A stretch of DNA of 64,000 nucleotides from an uncultured Bdellovibrionales bacterium (GCA_964353175.1 CAYGUX010000002.1:214786-278785); one strand, 5' to 3'; numbered from the stretch's first letter, positions 8,990 to 18,634 are shown. Notes: a model not told the origin generated them from the letters alone. Made by a program: numbers and translations.

Positions 8990-11794
8990 TCAGGGTATAT
9001 TTATACTGTCCTCTAGTAACTTAACAATACTTTTAAAATCCTCTTTTGTTTTTCTACTTAACCCTAGTTCGCAGGTAAAACTTGTAGAGACATAGGCGTC
9101 ATAGCTTTTGTTGTTAATCTCTTGGGCTTCTACTTCGAGGGCGGAACTTGTTAATTCTGGGTGGCTAAATCCTCTGTCTCCAGCAAATCCGCAGCAGGAT
9201 GTATTCATTGGCATGGATACTTCGGTGGAGCAGGACTTTAATAATGCTCCTAGCTTTTCTGTTAGGCCCATTTTTTCTACCGAGCAAACTGGATGGGCAA
9301 CTATAGTATTGTCCTTTGCTTTTAAGTTGAGTTTAGGAACTAGGTGGTCATGTAGGTATTCTATGATGTCCAAAAACTGCATTTTTCGCCATTTCTCCTG
9401 TGTTTCTTTATCCAAGTATGGAGAGCAAGATTTTAAAGAGTAGGAGCATGGCGAGGTGTCACTGATGATAGGGTACCGACCTTCCTTTGACCACTTCCAA
9501 CATTGATTGATTGTTTTTTTTAGTATGTTTCTATTTGCTCCCTTATAACCTTTTGATGAGAATGGGGTTCCGCAGCATGTGGAGTCTATTCCAATTGGAA
9601 TAATTAGACTAATTCCTGCTCGCTTAGATAGCTCGGTTAGGGAATGCATAATGTCGAAGTCATCATCTGGGTACTTCATGGTTCTAGATATGCAGGAGGG
9701 GAAGTAGATGAAGTTTATTTCAGTGGTAGTTTCTAGGGTTGATGTGCTAGCATTTCTCCATCTGGCTCTTGGCATAGGGGAGATCCATTGAGCTTGTCCA
9801 AGTAGTTTGGTTATTTTATTGAGGGGGGTCTTGCCAATAATTTTCTCTGCAGTGTGGCCTAACGATAGAGATAGGCGAATTATGTTTTGTGTGATTGAGA
9901 AGTGTCTTGCCATTGTGTTTGCGATTAAATTTGAAAAGCTTGATAGCGATTCGCTCCTTAATCGTTTTACTAATGCTCCAGTGTCTATTTTTACTGGGCA
10001 AGCGAGTTCGCATAGGCTGTCAGCGGCACAGGTGTCTAGTCCATCGTATTGATAGTCTTTTTTAAGGTTCAGATAGGTGGGGGAGGATTTGTTTTTTTGC
10101 CTTGCCATTTCCCTGCGTACGACTATTCTCTGTCTTGGACTTAAAGTTAAATTCCTACTTGGACATTTTGGTTCACAGAATCCACATTCAATACATTTAT
10201 CTACTTCGTCTTCGACGATAGGTAGATCTTTAATGTTTTCTACGTAGCACTGTGGGTTATGATTTATTATTACGCCAGGATTTAAAATGTTCTCTGGATC
10301 AATTAGTGTTTTTAGCTCTTTCATGATCTGAAAGGCTTCAATTCCCCATTCTTTTTCGACGAATGGGGCGATGTTTCTACCTGTGCCGTGTTCTGCTTTT
10401 AATGAGCCTTGGTACTTTTCTGTTACTAAGTTGACCATCTCATTCATAAAATTTGCATAGCGTGTTTTTTCTTCTGTAGAGGAAAAAACTGGGGTGATTA
10501 CGAAATGTAAATTCCCATCTTTAGCATGTCCGAAGGTGATGGCGTTATCGTATTGGTATTTTTTATAAAGCTTTTGTAAATCAGTGATGGCTTCAGGTAG
10601 GTCTTTTATTGCTACTGCTATATCTTCGATGATTACTGTTGCGCCCTTAGGTTTAGTGGATCCGACTGCTGGGAATAGGCCTTTTCTGATTTTCCAATAT
10701 TCCATTTGTTTTTTAGGGTCTTTGGTGAAATCCGCTTCTGCTAGTAGGCTTAGCGTACTTAATATCCCATTTAGTTCTTGTTTTATCCTAGTGATATCTT
10801 CTTCTGTGTCACTTTGGAACTCAACTAATAGACATGCAGAGCCTTCTGGAGCGGTTTTAATGTAGGAGGGGATTCCGGGAGAGTCAGCAATGGCTTTTAG
10901 TGAGGGGTAATCCATGATCTCTATGGCTTGCGCTTTGGAGAGTGGAAGTATGGCTTTTCCTGCTTCTTGAAGGTTTGGGAATAGTAGCAGGCCTGTGTAT
11001 TTATGTTTAGGGTCACTTACTGTGTCAAGTACGACTTCTGCTATAAAGCCTAACGTACCTTCAGAGCCTACAAGTAGGTGGGCCATGATGTCGATGCTAT
11101 CCTCATAATCTATGAAGGCGTTGATCGAGTAGCCTGTGGTGTTTTTGATTTTATATTTAGAGCGTATTAATTCGTGTAGTGTTTTATTTTCTAGGATTTT
11201 TTTTCTTAGGTTTTGTAAACCAATAGAGAGTTCTGGTTCTTTTTCTTTAAATTCTTTGTTTGCATTTTTTGAAGCAGTGTCAAAGAAATTTCCACTTGGA
11301 AGAATAAATTTAACTGAGGAAAGTGTATGATAAGCATTCTGAATTACTCCGCAACACATGCCACTCGCATTGTTGGCAATAATCCCACCAAGCATGCAAG
11401 CGCCAATTGAAGCTGGATCAGGGCCAATTTTTCGACTGAAATTTCTAAGTAGGTTATTGGCTTGTTGACCTATGATTCCTGGTTCTAAGCGGATTTGAGT
11501 TCCTTGATTTATGATTTCATATTTCTTCCAGCTTTTAGATAAATCAACTAGTATGCCATCGGTTACAGCTTGACCTGAGAGGCTAGTGCCAGCAGCTCGG
11601 AAGGTAAGGTGGGTTTTGTTGTCATTTGCAAATTTGAATAGGGAGATAATTTGATCGATTGTTTCTGCTTGGACTACTATCTCTGGAATTAAGTGGTAGA
11701 AACTTGCGTCACTTGCATAGGCTATGCGGTCTATTTGGCGGGAGAGGGTTTTTAGGGTGGGGATTGCTTGTTGTAGAGTGTTAATAATACTCAT
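8990..11794 (-). CDS. ydiJ: Fused FAD-linked oxidase + 4Fe-4S/CCG-domain oxidoreductase (YdiJ-like D-2-hydroxyacid dehydrogenase)
   Basis: 934 aa; N-terminal FAD-binding PCMH domain, central FAD-oxidase C domain, CxxCxxCxxxCP ferredoxin motifs (CIECGFCEPKCP), C-terminal Cys-rich CCG repeats. Confidence 0.8.
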   Translation of the reverse strand: MSIINTLQQAIPTLKTLSRQIDRIAYASDASFYHLIPEIVVQAETIDQIISLFKFANDNKTHLTFRAAGTSLSGQAVTDGILVDLSKSWKKYEIINQGTQIRLEPGIIGQQANNLLRNFSRKIGPDPASIGACMLGGIIANNASGMCCGVIQNAYHTLSSVKFILPSGNFFDTASKNANKEFKEKEPELSIGLQNLRKKILENKTLHELIRSKYKIKNTTGYSINAFIDYEDSIDIMAHLLVGSEGTLGFIAEVVLDTVSDPKHKYTGLLLFPNLQEAGKAILPLSKAQAIEIMDYPSLKAIADSPGIPSYIKTAPEGSACLLVEFQSDTEEDITRIKQELNGILSTLSLLAEADFTKDPKKQMEYWKIRKGLFPAVGSTKPKGATVIIEDIAVAIKDLPEAITDLQKLYKKYQYDNAITFGHAKDGNLHFVITPVFSSTEEKTRYANFMNEMVNLVTEKYQGSLKAEHGTGRNIAPFVEKEWGIEAFQIMKELKTLIDPENILNPGVIINHNPQCYVENIKDLPIVEDEVDKCIECGFCEPKCPSRNLTLSPRQRIVVRREMARQKNKSSPTYLNLKKDYQYDGLDTCAADSLCELACPVKIDTGALVKRLRSESLSSFSNLIANTMARHFSITQNIIRLSLSLGHTAEKIIGKTPLNKITKLLGQAQWISPMPRARWRNASTSTLETTTEINFIYFPSCISRTMKYPDDDFDIMHSLTELSKRAGISLIIPIGIDSTCCGTPFSSKGYKGANRNILKKTINQCWKWSKEGRYPIISDTSPCSYSLKSCSPYLDKETQEKWRKMQFLDIIEYLHDHLVPKLNLKAKDNTIVAHPVCSVEKMGLTEKLGALLKSCSTEVSMPMNTSCCGFAGDRGFSHPELTSSALEVEAQEINNKSYDAYVSTSFTCELGLSRKTKEDFKSIVKLLEDSINIP

Positions 11795-11838
11795 GGAATT
11801 TCTAGAGAGAAGATTGGGGTTCGAATTTGAGCTTTACT

Positions 11839-12090
11839 CTATAGCCTAACTTCAGAGAAGGAAAATAAACTCATTTCTTTATGTAGGCCTTCACTAAGAA
11901 TAATAGATTTTTTAGTTTCCTTGTTATCTATAGAAAAAACTAAATCTGCTGGAGTGCCAGGAGGAATATCTTCAAAATCTTTGCTGTATAACCTTGCGGT
12001 TTCACACAAAACATCAGCTAATCTAATTTCTTTGTTTTCTACCTTTAAGTAGATTAGGATATTTGGTGAATAAACAGTATTAAAATTCAT
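11839..12090 (-). CDS. Hypothetical 83-aa protein
   Basis: ORF preceded by AGGAGA-like motif (rare in this window). Confidence 0.4.
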   Translation of the reverse strand: MNFNTVYSPNILIYLKVENKEIRLADVLCETARLYSKDFEDIPPGTPADLVFSIDNKETKKSIILSEGLHKEMSLFSFSEVRL

Positions 12091-12136
12091 GGCTCTCCTA
12101 TACGATAAAAAGGCACTCTTTGAAAAGGCAGTATAG

Positions 12137-12577
12137 TACTGCTTTTTAAGTGGTACTATAATTACTACAGAATTAGGTCATGGAACCCAAGGTGTAGTTT
12201 ACCAGACTGATAGAAATACCGCCATTAAAGTCTATAGCTTGGATCAAGGTTATCAGAGGGAAAGAGATGTTTATGTGAGGCTTAGGGAAAGAGGTATTGA
12301 TAGTGTTCAAAGACTGGCACTACCTAGGATAAAAACTTGGCATGATGAGTTATTTATTTTGGAAATGAGTATTGTGCATGTACCATGTATGCTCGACTTT
12401 GGTGGTGCATATCTGGATCCATGCCCTGAGCATCTAAATAGAAATGAAGATTGGCTACGTGAAAAGCAAATTGAATTTGGGGTGACATGGGAAGAAGCGA
12501 TGTCAGTGATTAGAGAAATCGAATACCGAGGTAATTTGTGGCTAGCGGATATCAATACGGGGAATATAAAGTTTTGA
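12137..12577 (+). pseudogene. Truncated atypical protein-kinase-like ORF (Gly-rich loop + VAIK-like Lys + DFG, but no catalytic loop and no canonical start codon)
   Basis: In-frame translation from the stop at 12134: YCFLSGTIITTELGHGTQGVVYQTDRNTAIKVY...MLDFGGAY; ORF track only finds a TTG at 12239 inside the kinase-like frame; resembles N-lobe of Bud32/RIO/Kdo-kinase-like small kinases. Confidence 0.35.
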
Positions 12578-12613
12578 TGGGGATGCGCAGTTGGCGATTA
12601 ATAATAAATCTGT

Positions 12614-13423
12614 TTAACTCAATAGGTCCATCACGAATTTTACAGCCCTGGTCTTTCCAAATACAGCGTTGTAAAGTGTATTAGAACCTTTATCCTCCTG
12701 GTGATGGAAATATTCAAATGAACCTCCTGCCTCTTTAATAAGGACTTCGACAGGAGTTAAGTCCCATATTTTTAGGTTTGGTTCTATTACGACCGCGACA
12801 CTTCCTGTTACTGCTAGAGTGTGTGAATAGCAATCATAATAAATTCGAGTATGAGGATGAAGAGAGATTATTTGATTAAAGAGTTGCTTTTTTTCAGTAC
12901 CCAAAGAGAATACGCCACTATTATTGGTTACTAGAATATCATTATCGGAAAGTGCTTTGGTCGAGAGGTCTTGAAGCTTAATATTTACTCCATTAAACTT
13001 AACTCCTAAACCAAGGCCTCCGCTACATCGAATATTCATCGCAGGATGATCTATGACGCCGACGATAGCTTGCTTTTTGTAACGTAGTCCTATTAAAGTG
13101 CCGAATGTGGGGATTCTGTTTACTAAATTCTGGGTGCCGTCGATAGGATCTATCGTCCACTGGTAATCGCTGTCCGGATTGATGGGGTCGTATTCTTCTC
13201 CTATTACACCATGGTCTGGGAATTTTTTAGTTATGAGCTCTCTCGCCAGCGCCTCACCTCTGAGGTCCACTTCTGTAACTGGCGTTTTGTCTTCTTTGAG
13301 CTTGGTATTGATGTCTGTGTTTAGCCAGAGATCTAGGATTAGTGCTCTCGTTTGGTCGGCGAGATATTCTGCGAATGTTAGGAGGTCTTGGTGCTGGGGT
13401 GGTATAAGGGAAGATTTAGTCAT
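12614..13423 (-). CDS. Inositol monophosphatase family protein (SuhB/CysQ-like)
   Basis: WTIDPIDGTQN motif (DPIDGT), 269 aa. Confidence 0.85.
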   Translation of the reverse strand: MTKSSLIPPQHQDLLTFAEYLADQTRALILDLWLNTDINTKLKEDKTPVTEVDLRGEALARELITKKFPDHGVIGEEYDPINPDSDYQWTIDPIDGTQNLVNRIPTFGTLIGLRYKKQAIVGVIDHPAMNIRCSGGLGLGVKFNGVNIKLQDLSTKALSDNDILVTNNSGVFSLGTEKKQLFNQIISLHPHTRIYYDCYSHTLAVTGSVAVVIEPNLKIWDLTPVEVLIKEAGGSFEYFHHQEDKGSNTLYNAVFGKTRAVKFVMDLLS

Positions 13424-13437
13424 AATTCAAAAGTATT

Positions 13438-13851
13438 CTATTCCACTACATCAAATCCAGCCTGAATAAAATGTCTGTCTTTCGTAAGGGCAAGGTTGAT
13501 GGTGGATTTTTTCATTATTATAAAGCTTAGGCAGTCTGTGAAGGAATAGTCTTTGTCTTGATGTTTTAGGAAGTATTGTTCAGTGGCGGAAAAGTGGTCT
13601 GAGTCTATCCAGTGTACTTTTAATACTTTTGAGTGCTCAATTAAATTGGAAAGAGTTTTAATTTGAGATTGAACTTTTCTTGCTTTTAGTAGGGTGTAAG
13701 TTTCGTCTAATACGTAGTCCGAAGTATGAAGAGAGATTTTTTCTGATTTTACTTTATCCAAGAATGTTTTAGCGGTGTGATGGTAGGGATCGTTTTTTAC
13801 GAGCAGTGCAAAGAATCCACTTGAATCTATAAAAGCTTTTTTTGATGCCAT
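13438..13851 (-). CDS. vapC: PIN-domain toxin (VapC-like)
   Basis: FIDSSGFFAL (N-terminal Asp), DYVLDET, FTDCLSF, TKDRHF acidic residues typical of PIN nucleases; 137 aa; 14 nt downstream of antitoxin gene. Confidence 0.75.
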   Translation of the reverse strand: MASKKAFIDSSGFFALLVKNDPYHHTAKTFLDKVKSEKISLHTSDYVLDETYTLLKARKVQSQIKTLSNLIEHSKVLKVHWIDSDHFSATEQYFLKHQDKDYSFTDCLSFIIMKKSTINLALTKDRHFIQAGFDVVE

Positions 13852-13865
13852 ATTTCAGTAGGTTT

Positions 13866-14108
13866 TTAGAGGGTATAGATTAAGTCATCATCTGATTTAT
13901 CTTCTTGTAAGTCAGGTGCATCAATGGCTTGCTCACAAACTGCAAATACGGGATCGGCTTTTGCATCAGCATCATACTCTTCTCGGTAGGGGGTTAGTAC
14001 GGCCAGCTTCTTCCCTCGATAGGTAAGTAGTAGGGACATGCCCTTTCTAAGTGCAGATACCATGGCTTCTGAGTCTGTTCTGAGTTCTAACATGGAGATA
14101 GTTTTCAT
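13866..14108 (-). CDS. vapB: Type II antitoxin (Phd/YefM- or VapB-like), 80 aa
   Basis: Small acidic C-terminus, KLAVLTPY core, immediately upstream of PIN gene on same strand. Confidence 0.65.
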   Translation of the reverse strand: MKTISMLELRTDSEAMVSALRKGMSLLLTYRGKKLAVLTPYREEYDADAKADPVFAVCEQAIDAPDLQEDKSDDDLIYTL

Positions 14109-14188
14109 TTCCTAACTTTAACTTAAAGTTTAAGTTAATTCAAGGTGAATGTTTAAGAGGGGCTAAAGTCTCATAATCTTAGATGGTT

Positions 14189-14214
14189 AAGATAGTAGGA
14201 AGGCTACTATCTTG
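14189..14214. promoter_or_regulatory. Inverted repeat AAGATAGTAG-gaaggc-CTACTATCTT about 80 bp upstream of the vapB start; putative TA operator
   Basis: 10-bp exact arms; shares ATAGTAG/CTACTAT core with the hairpin after folA (27082-27107). Confidence 0.35.
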
Positions 14215-14257
14215 AGTGATTGATGCTGCGCAGATGTTCGCATCTAAAATCATCAAT

Positions 14258-14368
14258 ATGCAGTCGGTTAGTGCAGTGACCATTGTCGACTTAAATCGTG
14301 TCCCAGAAGAATCACGGCAAGATTTTCATGGACGGTACGCGATTATGGTAAGTCCTACAATGGAATAG
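14258..14368 (+). CDS. Small ORF (36 aa, MQSVSAVTIVDLNRVPEESRQDFHGRYAIMVSPTME) followed by a strong intrinsic terminator; could instead be an sRNA
   Basis: ATG..TAG in an otherwise non-coding 500-bp gap; terminator 26 nt downstream. Confidence 0.25.
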   Translation: MQSVSAVTIVDLNRVPEESRQDFHGRYAIMVSPTME

Positions 14369-14393
14369 ATACTTGCGTATGGATGAAACTCGC

Positions 14394-14439
14394 GGCCAGC
14401 TTCTCCTTCTTTAAGGATATTGCTGGCCTGCTTTTTTTT
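14394..14439 (+). terminator. Rho-independent terminator (GGCCAGC...GCTGGCC stem with inner CCTT/AAGG hairpin, then TTTTTTTT)
   Basis: Sequence gcggccagcttctccttctttaaggatattgctggcctgctttttttt; no annotated plus-strand gene upstream other than the sORF, implying an unannotated transcript. Confidence 0.6.
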
Positions 14440-14624
14440 AATTGTCTTAATGGTTAAGGTGTTTAGATGGAAGCAGGTCAGTGCATAGGTTTTTCAGGTT
14501 GTTTACTTTGTTCCTTATGTCTTATGTCATAGTGAGACAAGACGTCTCTTATCATTTTATAAAGACTGATTGCTCGCCGTATGTTAGTTATTGTTACTAT
14601 TAACTAAATTGGGGGTTCTAAGTC

Positions 14625-15107
14625 ATGTCTGAGAAAGAAACTAAATTTACATCTAATAGTGGATGTGGGGAAGGAACTTGCGGAGTTACTTGCCCGCTTA
14701 CTGGTATCTGCTTTAATAAAAAATTCCTTACAGGTGCACTTGTGATGGTGGTATGGATGAATGCTTTTTCCTGGTTGTGGCACGGAAGTGTTCTTAAGGT
14801 TAGGTACATGGAAACAGCGAGCCTTTGGCGATCTCAAGAGGATATGAAAGGCTGGGCTATTATCCTTGGAGTTTCTTTAACGGCCTTAATTGCTAGTCAT
14901 ATATTCTATAAGGGCTACGAGGGTAAAGGCTTTGGTGAGGCGGTAAGATTTGGATTTATTATATCATTACTCTTTAGTGGAATATGGTTTATCAATTATG
15001 CAACACAAGCTATCCCAGAAGATATTTTTTATATGTGGTTTTTAGGTGATCTTATAAGCTATACTATCGGCGCAATATTTCTGTCATTTATTTTTAAGAC
15101 AGAGTAA
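14625..15107 (+). CDS. Small integral membrane protein (4 TM) with N-terminal Cys-rich motif CGEGTCGVTCPLTGIC
   Basis: 160-aa ORF, hydrophobic segments, W/F-rich. Confidence 0.5.
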   Translation: MSEKETKFTSNSGCGEGTCGVTCPLTGICFNKKFLTGALVMVVWMNAFSWLWHGSVLKVRYMETASLWRSQEDMKGWAIILGVSLTALIASHIFYKGYEGKGFGEAVRFGFIISLLFSGIWFINYATQAIPEDIFYMWFLGDLISYTIGAIFLSFIFKTE

Positions 15108-15144
15108 TTTCTTTGTTGTAAGCCTTTAGTAGGACTTTAAGATA

Positions 15145-16551
15145 CTAGAGGCTTGCAACGCGATCTTTTATGGCAATTTTCGCTCCCATTAGAAATGATC
15201 TCTTCACCTGATGAGGTATAGAGGTGCCATCTAAAAAGTTTCCATGTAGTAGTAGGGGATATTTCTTTTCTATTTTTGTTAGTGATTTCACCAAGTCTTC
15301 ATGTCCAACTCGATATTGTGGGATAGCTTTTGGCCAGTATGTGGCTTTTAATAGTTCCGGGGTTTCTTGTAGTTTTAGAATTTGTTGTAGTTCTTCAAGG
15401 GCGAGCTTGGCGTTTTCGCTTTCTCTCACATCTGCTTTGTCTGGATAGATTGAGCCACCTATGAAGGAAGTAAATAGGGTGTATTCCTTGGGCGCTTTTT
15501 CTTTGAACATCTCACTTGTAAAGATTGTTCCTAGTATCGACTTGCAATGGCCAGGTGGTACTAGTAGTCCGAAGCCTGACTTTTGATCTGGGTACTTGGT
15601 GTTTTTAATCTTACTGTGAAGAATTCCTATGGGGCTGTATGTGATGTTGTCTAGTAGGTTGCAGTATGACTGAATTTCTTCATTTGGAAGGTTGCTTTGG
15701 GGTAGCAACTTTTCTAGTTCATAGCTCGGAATAGAGGAGACTAGTGTTGAGAATAGTATCTCTTTAGTCCCATCAGCATGTCTATAGGAGATAGAAGGTT
15801 TAGCAGAGAGATTGATTTTCTGAATCTCCACTCCTCTTATAATGTTTTCTAGTCCGATACTCTCTGAAAGTGAATTTATAAGGGAGCTTAGTCCTTCTTC
15901 TAGGGTGGCTAACTTGGCTTTGCCTCGGTTTTGATTTTTTTTCCTCTGAGATTTTAGTTGGGCTTTTATGATTGATGTGCCCTCTATGTATGCTTTATAC
16001 ATAGCAGGATAGATACTTTTTGCGCTTAGATATTTTAAATCCGTTGCCCAGATTCCTAGCATGGCGGGAGCAAATAGTTCTTCTGTAATATGGGTCCCAA
16101 GGATTTCTAATGACAAATCATATATAGAGATGTCTTTAAGTTCTTTCTTTGAAGCCTTTTTTATAAATAGATCTTTGAATATATAGAGAAGGTCTTTTGG
16201 TTGAAGGATGAGTTGGCTTAGAAGGGAGAAGGGCTTATTGCTTACTTCTTTTAAATAGTTCTTCTTTAAACTTCCAATGAATTTGCTTTTGGTCGTGGGG
16301 GAGGGGAAGCTTAGTTTGTTCTCTAGTCCTAGGTGATCAATAAGGGTGCTTAGCTCTGCTTCTAGCATGAAGGTTTGTGGGCCTAGGTCTAGTTGGAAGT
16401 TCTCTAAGTTTTCTCCTTGAATTACTCCTCCAAGGTTATTTTCTTTTTCAAGTATTATATAAGGAATACTTAGAGATTTTAAAACCCAAGCAAGTGACAA
16501 GCCACTTAGTCCTGCTCCTAGAATGACTACTGGGTGGCTAGAGCTATCCAT
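15145..16551 (-). CDS. hemY: FAD-dependent protoporphyrinogen/coproporphyrinogen oxidase (HemY/PPOX-CgoX family)
   Basis: N-terminal dinucleotide-binding VVILGAGLSGLSLAWVL, ~468 aa, directly downstream of hemE (hemE-hemY arrangement). Confidence 0.75.
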   Translation of the reverse strand: MDSSSHPVVILGAGLSGLSLAWVLKSLSIPYIILEKENNLGGVIQGENLENFQLDLGPQTFMLEAELSTLIDHLGLENKLSFPSPTTKSKFIGSLKKNYLKEVSNKPFSLLSQLILQPKDLLYIFKDLFIKKASKKELKDISIYDLSLEILGTHITEELFAPAMLGIWATDLKYLSAKSIYPAMYKAYIEGTSIIKAQLKSQRKKNQNRGKAKLATLEEGLSSLINSLSESIGLENIIRGVEIQKINLSAKPSISYRHADGTKEILFSTLVSSIPSYELEKLLPQSNLPNEEIQSYCNLLDNITYSPIGILHSKIKNTKYPDQKSGFGLLVPPGHCKSILGTIFTSEMFKEKAPKEYTLFTSFIGGSIYPDKADVRESENAKLALEELQQILKLQETPELLKATYWPKAIPQYRVGHEDLVKSLTKIEKKYPLLLHGNFLDGTSIPHQVKRSFLMGAKIAIKDRVASL

Positions 16552-16554
16552 TTC

Positions 16555-17577
16555 CTAGGATTTAATCGCTTCAAGGTAAGCCTTCACGCCCTCTATGGGT
16601 GTGCCTGGGAGTAGGCCGTGGCCTAGATTGGCGATGGTTTTAGTTTTGTCTGTATATAGCGCTTGAACTTTTTTCTGAATTTTACTTGGCTCCTCCCAAA
16701 GATAGCTTGGGTCCATATTGCCTTGAAGCACAATGTCTGGGCCTAGTTCTTCTCTGATTTTTTCAAGTGGCAATCGCCAATCTACGCTTAGTGCATTGGG
16801 TTGATAGCTAGAGAGTACTTTTAAAATACTTAGATCAGCTTGTGCATATATTATGACTGGGATGTTTTCTGCTTTTAGAGCTTGAACGATTTTTTTAATC
16901 CATTTCCCTGAGGCATCTTCATATTCTTCACAAGGAATGATCCCTGCCCAGGTGTCAAAGATTTGCACTGCATCTGCTCCTGCTTTATGACAAAGTTTTA
17001 GATAGTCTATGGTTATAGTGGCTATTTTCCCCATCAAATTTTCAAATGCTTCAGGGTGTTGCCTTCTAAATACGCTTGTTCCCAGGTGTTGTTTAAATTG
17101 GCCTTGGTGGATTAGGTAGCATGCAAGGGTCCATGGACTAGCTGCGAAGCTAAGAAGTGCTCTTCTATTTGGTCTTTCTGAATGTAAATATTCACTTAAC
17201 ATTCCCAGAGTTTTAAAGATGTATCCGTTGGTCTCTTCAATATTTCTTATTTCTAGTTGTTCAACATCTTTTGGTGTTTTAATCGGATTCTGTAGGTTTG
17301 GCCCTGGTGTGAAATCAAATTCAAAGCCAAGTGCCTTACTTGGACTCATTATGTCCGCAAAGAGAATAGCGGCATCAATTTCTGTAAATCTTTTTAGAGG
17401 TTGAATTGTAACCTCGAATGCCAGCTCAGGGTTTTCTGAGAGTTGATTAAAAGTATATTTTTCTTTTAAGGCTCTGTATTCAGGGAGATATCTACCCGCT
17501 TGTCTCATTAGCCAGACTGGTAGTTCCTCGGTTTCTTTACCTAATAGGGCATTTAGAAGTAATGGAGTTGAACGCAT
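16555..17577 (-). CDS. hemE: Uroporphyrinogen decarboxylase
   Basis: PVWLMRQAGRYLPEY signature, 340 aa. Confidence 0.9.
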   Translation of the reverse strand: MRSTPLLLNALLGKETEELPVWLMRQAGRYLPEYRALKEKYTFNQLSENPELAFEVTIQPLKRFTEIDAAILFADIMSPSKALGFEFDFTPGPNLQNPIKTPKDVEQLEIRNIEETNGYIFKTLGMLSEYLHSERPNRRALLSFAASPWTLACYLIHQGQFKQHLGTSVFRRQHPEAFENLMGKIATITIDYLKLCHKAGADAVQIFDTWAGIIPCEEYEDASGKWIKKIVQALKAENIPVIIYAQADLSILKVLSSYQPNALSVDWRLPLEKIREELGPDIVLQGNMDPSYLWEEPSKIQKKVQALYTDKTKTIANLGHGLLPGTPIEGVKAYLEAIKS

Positions 17578-17719
17578 TTCTTATGTTTAATTAATTGTTA
17601 AAGTTAGACTAATTCAGTGCTGGAAACTAGAAGTTTTTCTTTCAAAAGTGTATATCAGTTTCTATTAAATGTTACTAGCTTGACTAATTTTCTCTAATTA
17701 ATGGATATGGAGTTTCCCC

Positions 17720-18634
17720 GTGGCTGATAGGACTGAAATTTTAGAATATGAGATTGTAAGTTTTTATAGATTTATAAAAATGTCTAAGAATGATCTTGAA
17801 GTATTGGATCGAGAGCTTAAATCTTTAGCGGAGCCGATTCAGTTGAAGGGCTTGATTATTACTGCTACCGAGGGTTTAAATGGGACGGTAGCTAGTCCAA
17901 GAGGCAAGCTTATAGAGTTTACTAAGTTCCTTGAGGAGAAGTTCCCTGGCGGAGATTGGCGTTATAAATATAGTTATAGCCATAAGAAGCCTTTTAAGCG
18001 TTTTTCTGTTCGAGTTAGGGAGGAAATAGTTACTAGTGGTTTCCCTGATTATGTACCAGGGGAGCATGATGAGTCTCACTTGAGTCCTGAGGAGTGGCAT
18101 CGAATTCTAACTTCTGGTGAGAAGGTTCGTTTAATAGATACTAGAAATTCTTATGAGTACGAGATAGGCCAATTTAAGGGTGCGATTAATCCTGATACTA
18201 ATACTTTTAAGGATTTTCCTGATTATGTAAAGAATTCAGGTATAGAGCCTAGTGAAAAAGTTTTAATGTATTGTACTGGTGGTATTCGATGTGAGAAGGC
18301 TTATATCGAGATGAAAGAGTTGGGTTATGATAATGTGTATCAGCTTGATGGTGGAATTTTAACCTATATGGAGAAATTCCCAAAAGGTGAGTTTGAAGGG
18401 GAGTGTTTTGTTTTTGATGATAGGGTGGCTTTGGATGCTGATTTAGCACCTACTAAAACTTTTGGTCTTTGCCCACATTGTGGAGATCCTGCTAAAGACT
18501 TTATTACTTGTGTGGTATGTAGTGGGGATATGAGGGTCTGCGATGACTGTAGAAAAGTGGATAAAGGATTAACGTGTTCAAAAAATTGTGCGTATCATTA
18601 CAATTTAAAAAAAATAAGGAATCTAATCAAATGA
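17720..18634 (+). CDS. trhO: Rhodanese-domain tRNA uridine(34) hydroxylase-like protein (TrhO/YceA, UPF0176)
   Basis: Rhodanese active loop YCTGGIRCEKA, C-terminal Cys cluster CPHCG...CVVCSG..CDDC; 304 aa. Confidence 0.75.
   Translation: MADRTEILEYEIVSFYRFIKMSKNDLEVLDRELKSLAEPIQLKGLIITATEGLNGTVASPRGKLIEFTKFLEEKFPGGDWRYKYSYSHKKPFKRFSVRVREEIVTSGFPDYVPGEHDESHLSPEEWHRILTSGEKVRLIDTRNSYEYEIGQFKGAINPDTNTFKDFPDYVKNSGIEPSEKVLMYCTGGIRCEKAYIEMKELGYDNVYQLDGGILTYMEKFPKGEFEGECFVFDDRVALDADLAPTKTFGLCPHCGDPAKDFITCVVCSGDMRVCDDCRKVDKGLTCSKNCAYHYNLKKIRNLIK

Noticed and set aside
14109-14624. Possibility of SRP RNA, RNase P RNA or 6S RNA in the long gaps (14109-14624, 55058-55608, 63103-63798)
   Set aside because: Looked for hallmark motifs (GGUCCGGAAGG of SRP, AGUCCGG/ACAGAACCCGGCUUA of RNase P) and found none; only the terminator-bearing small locus at 14230-14450 is retained.
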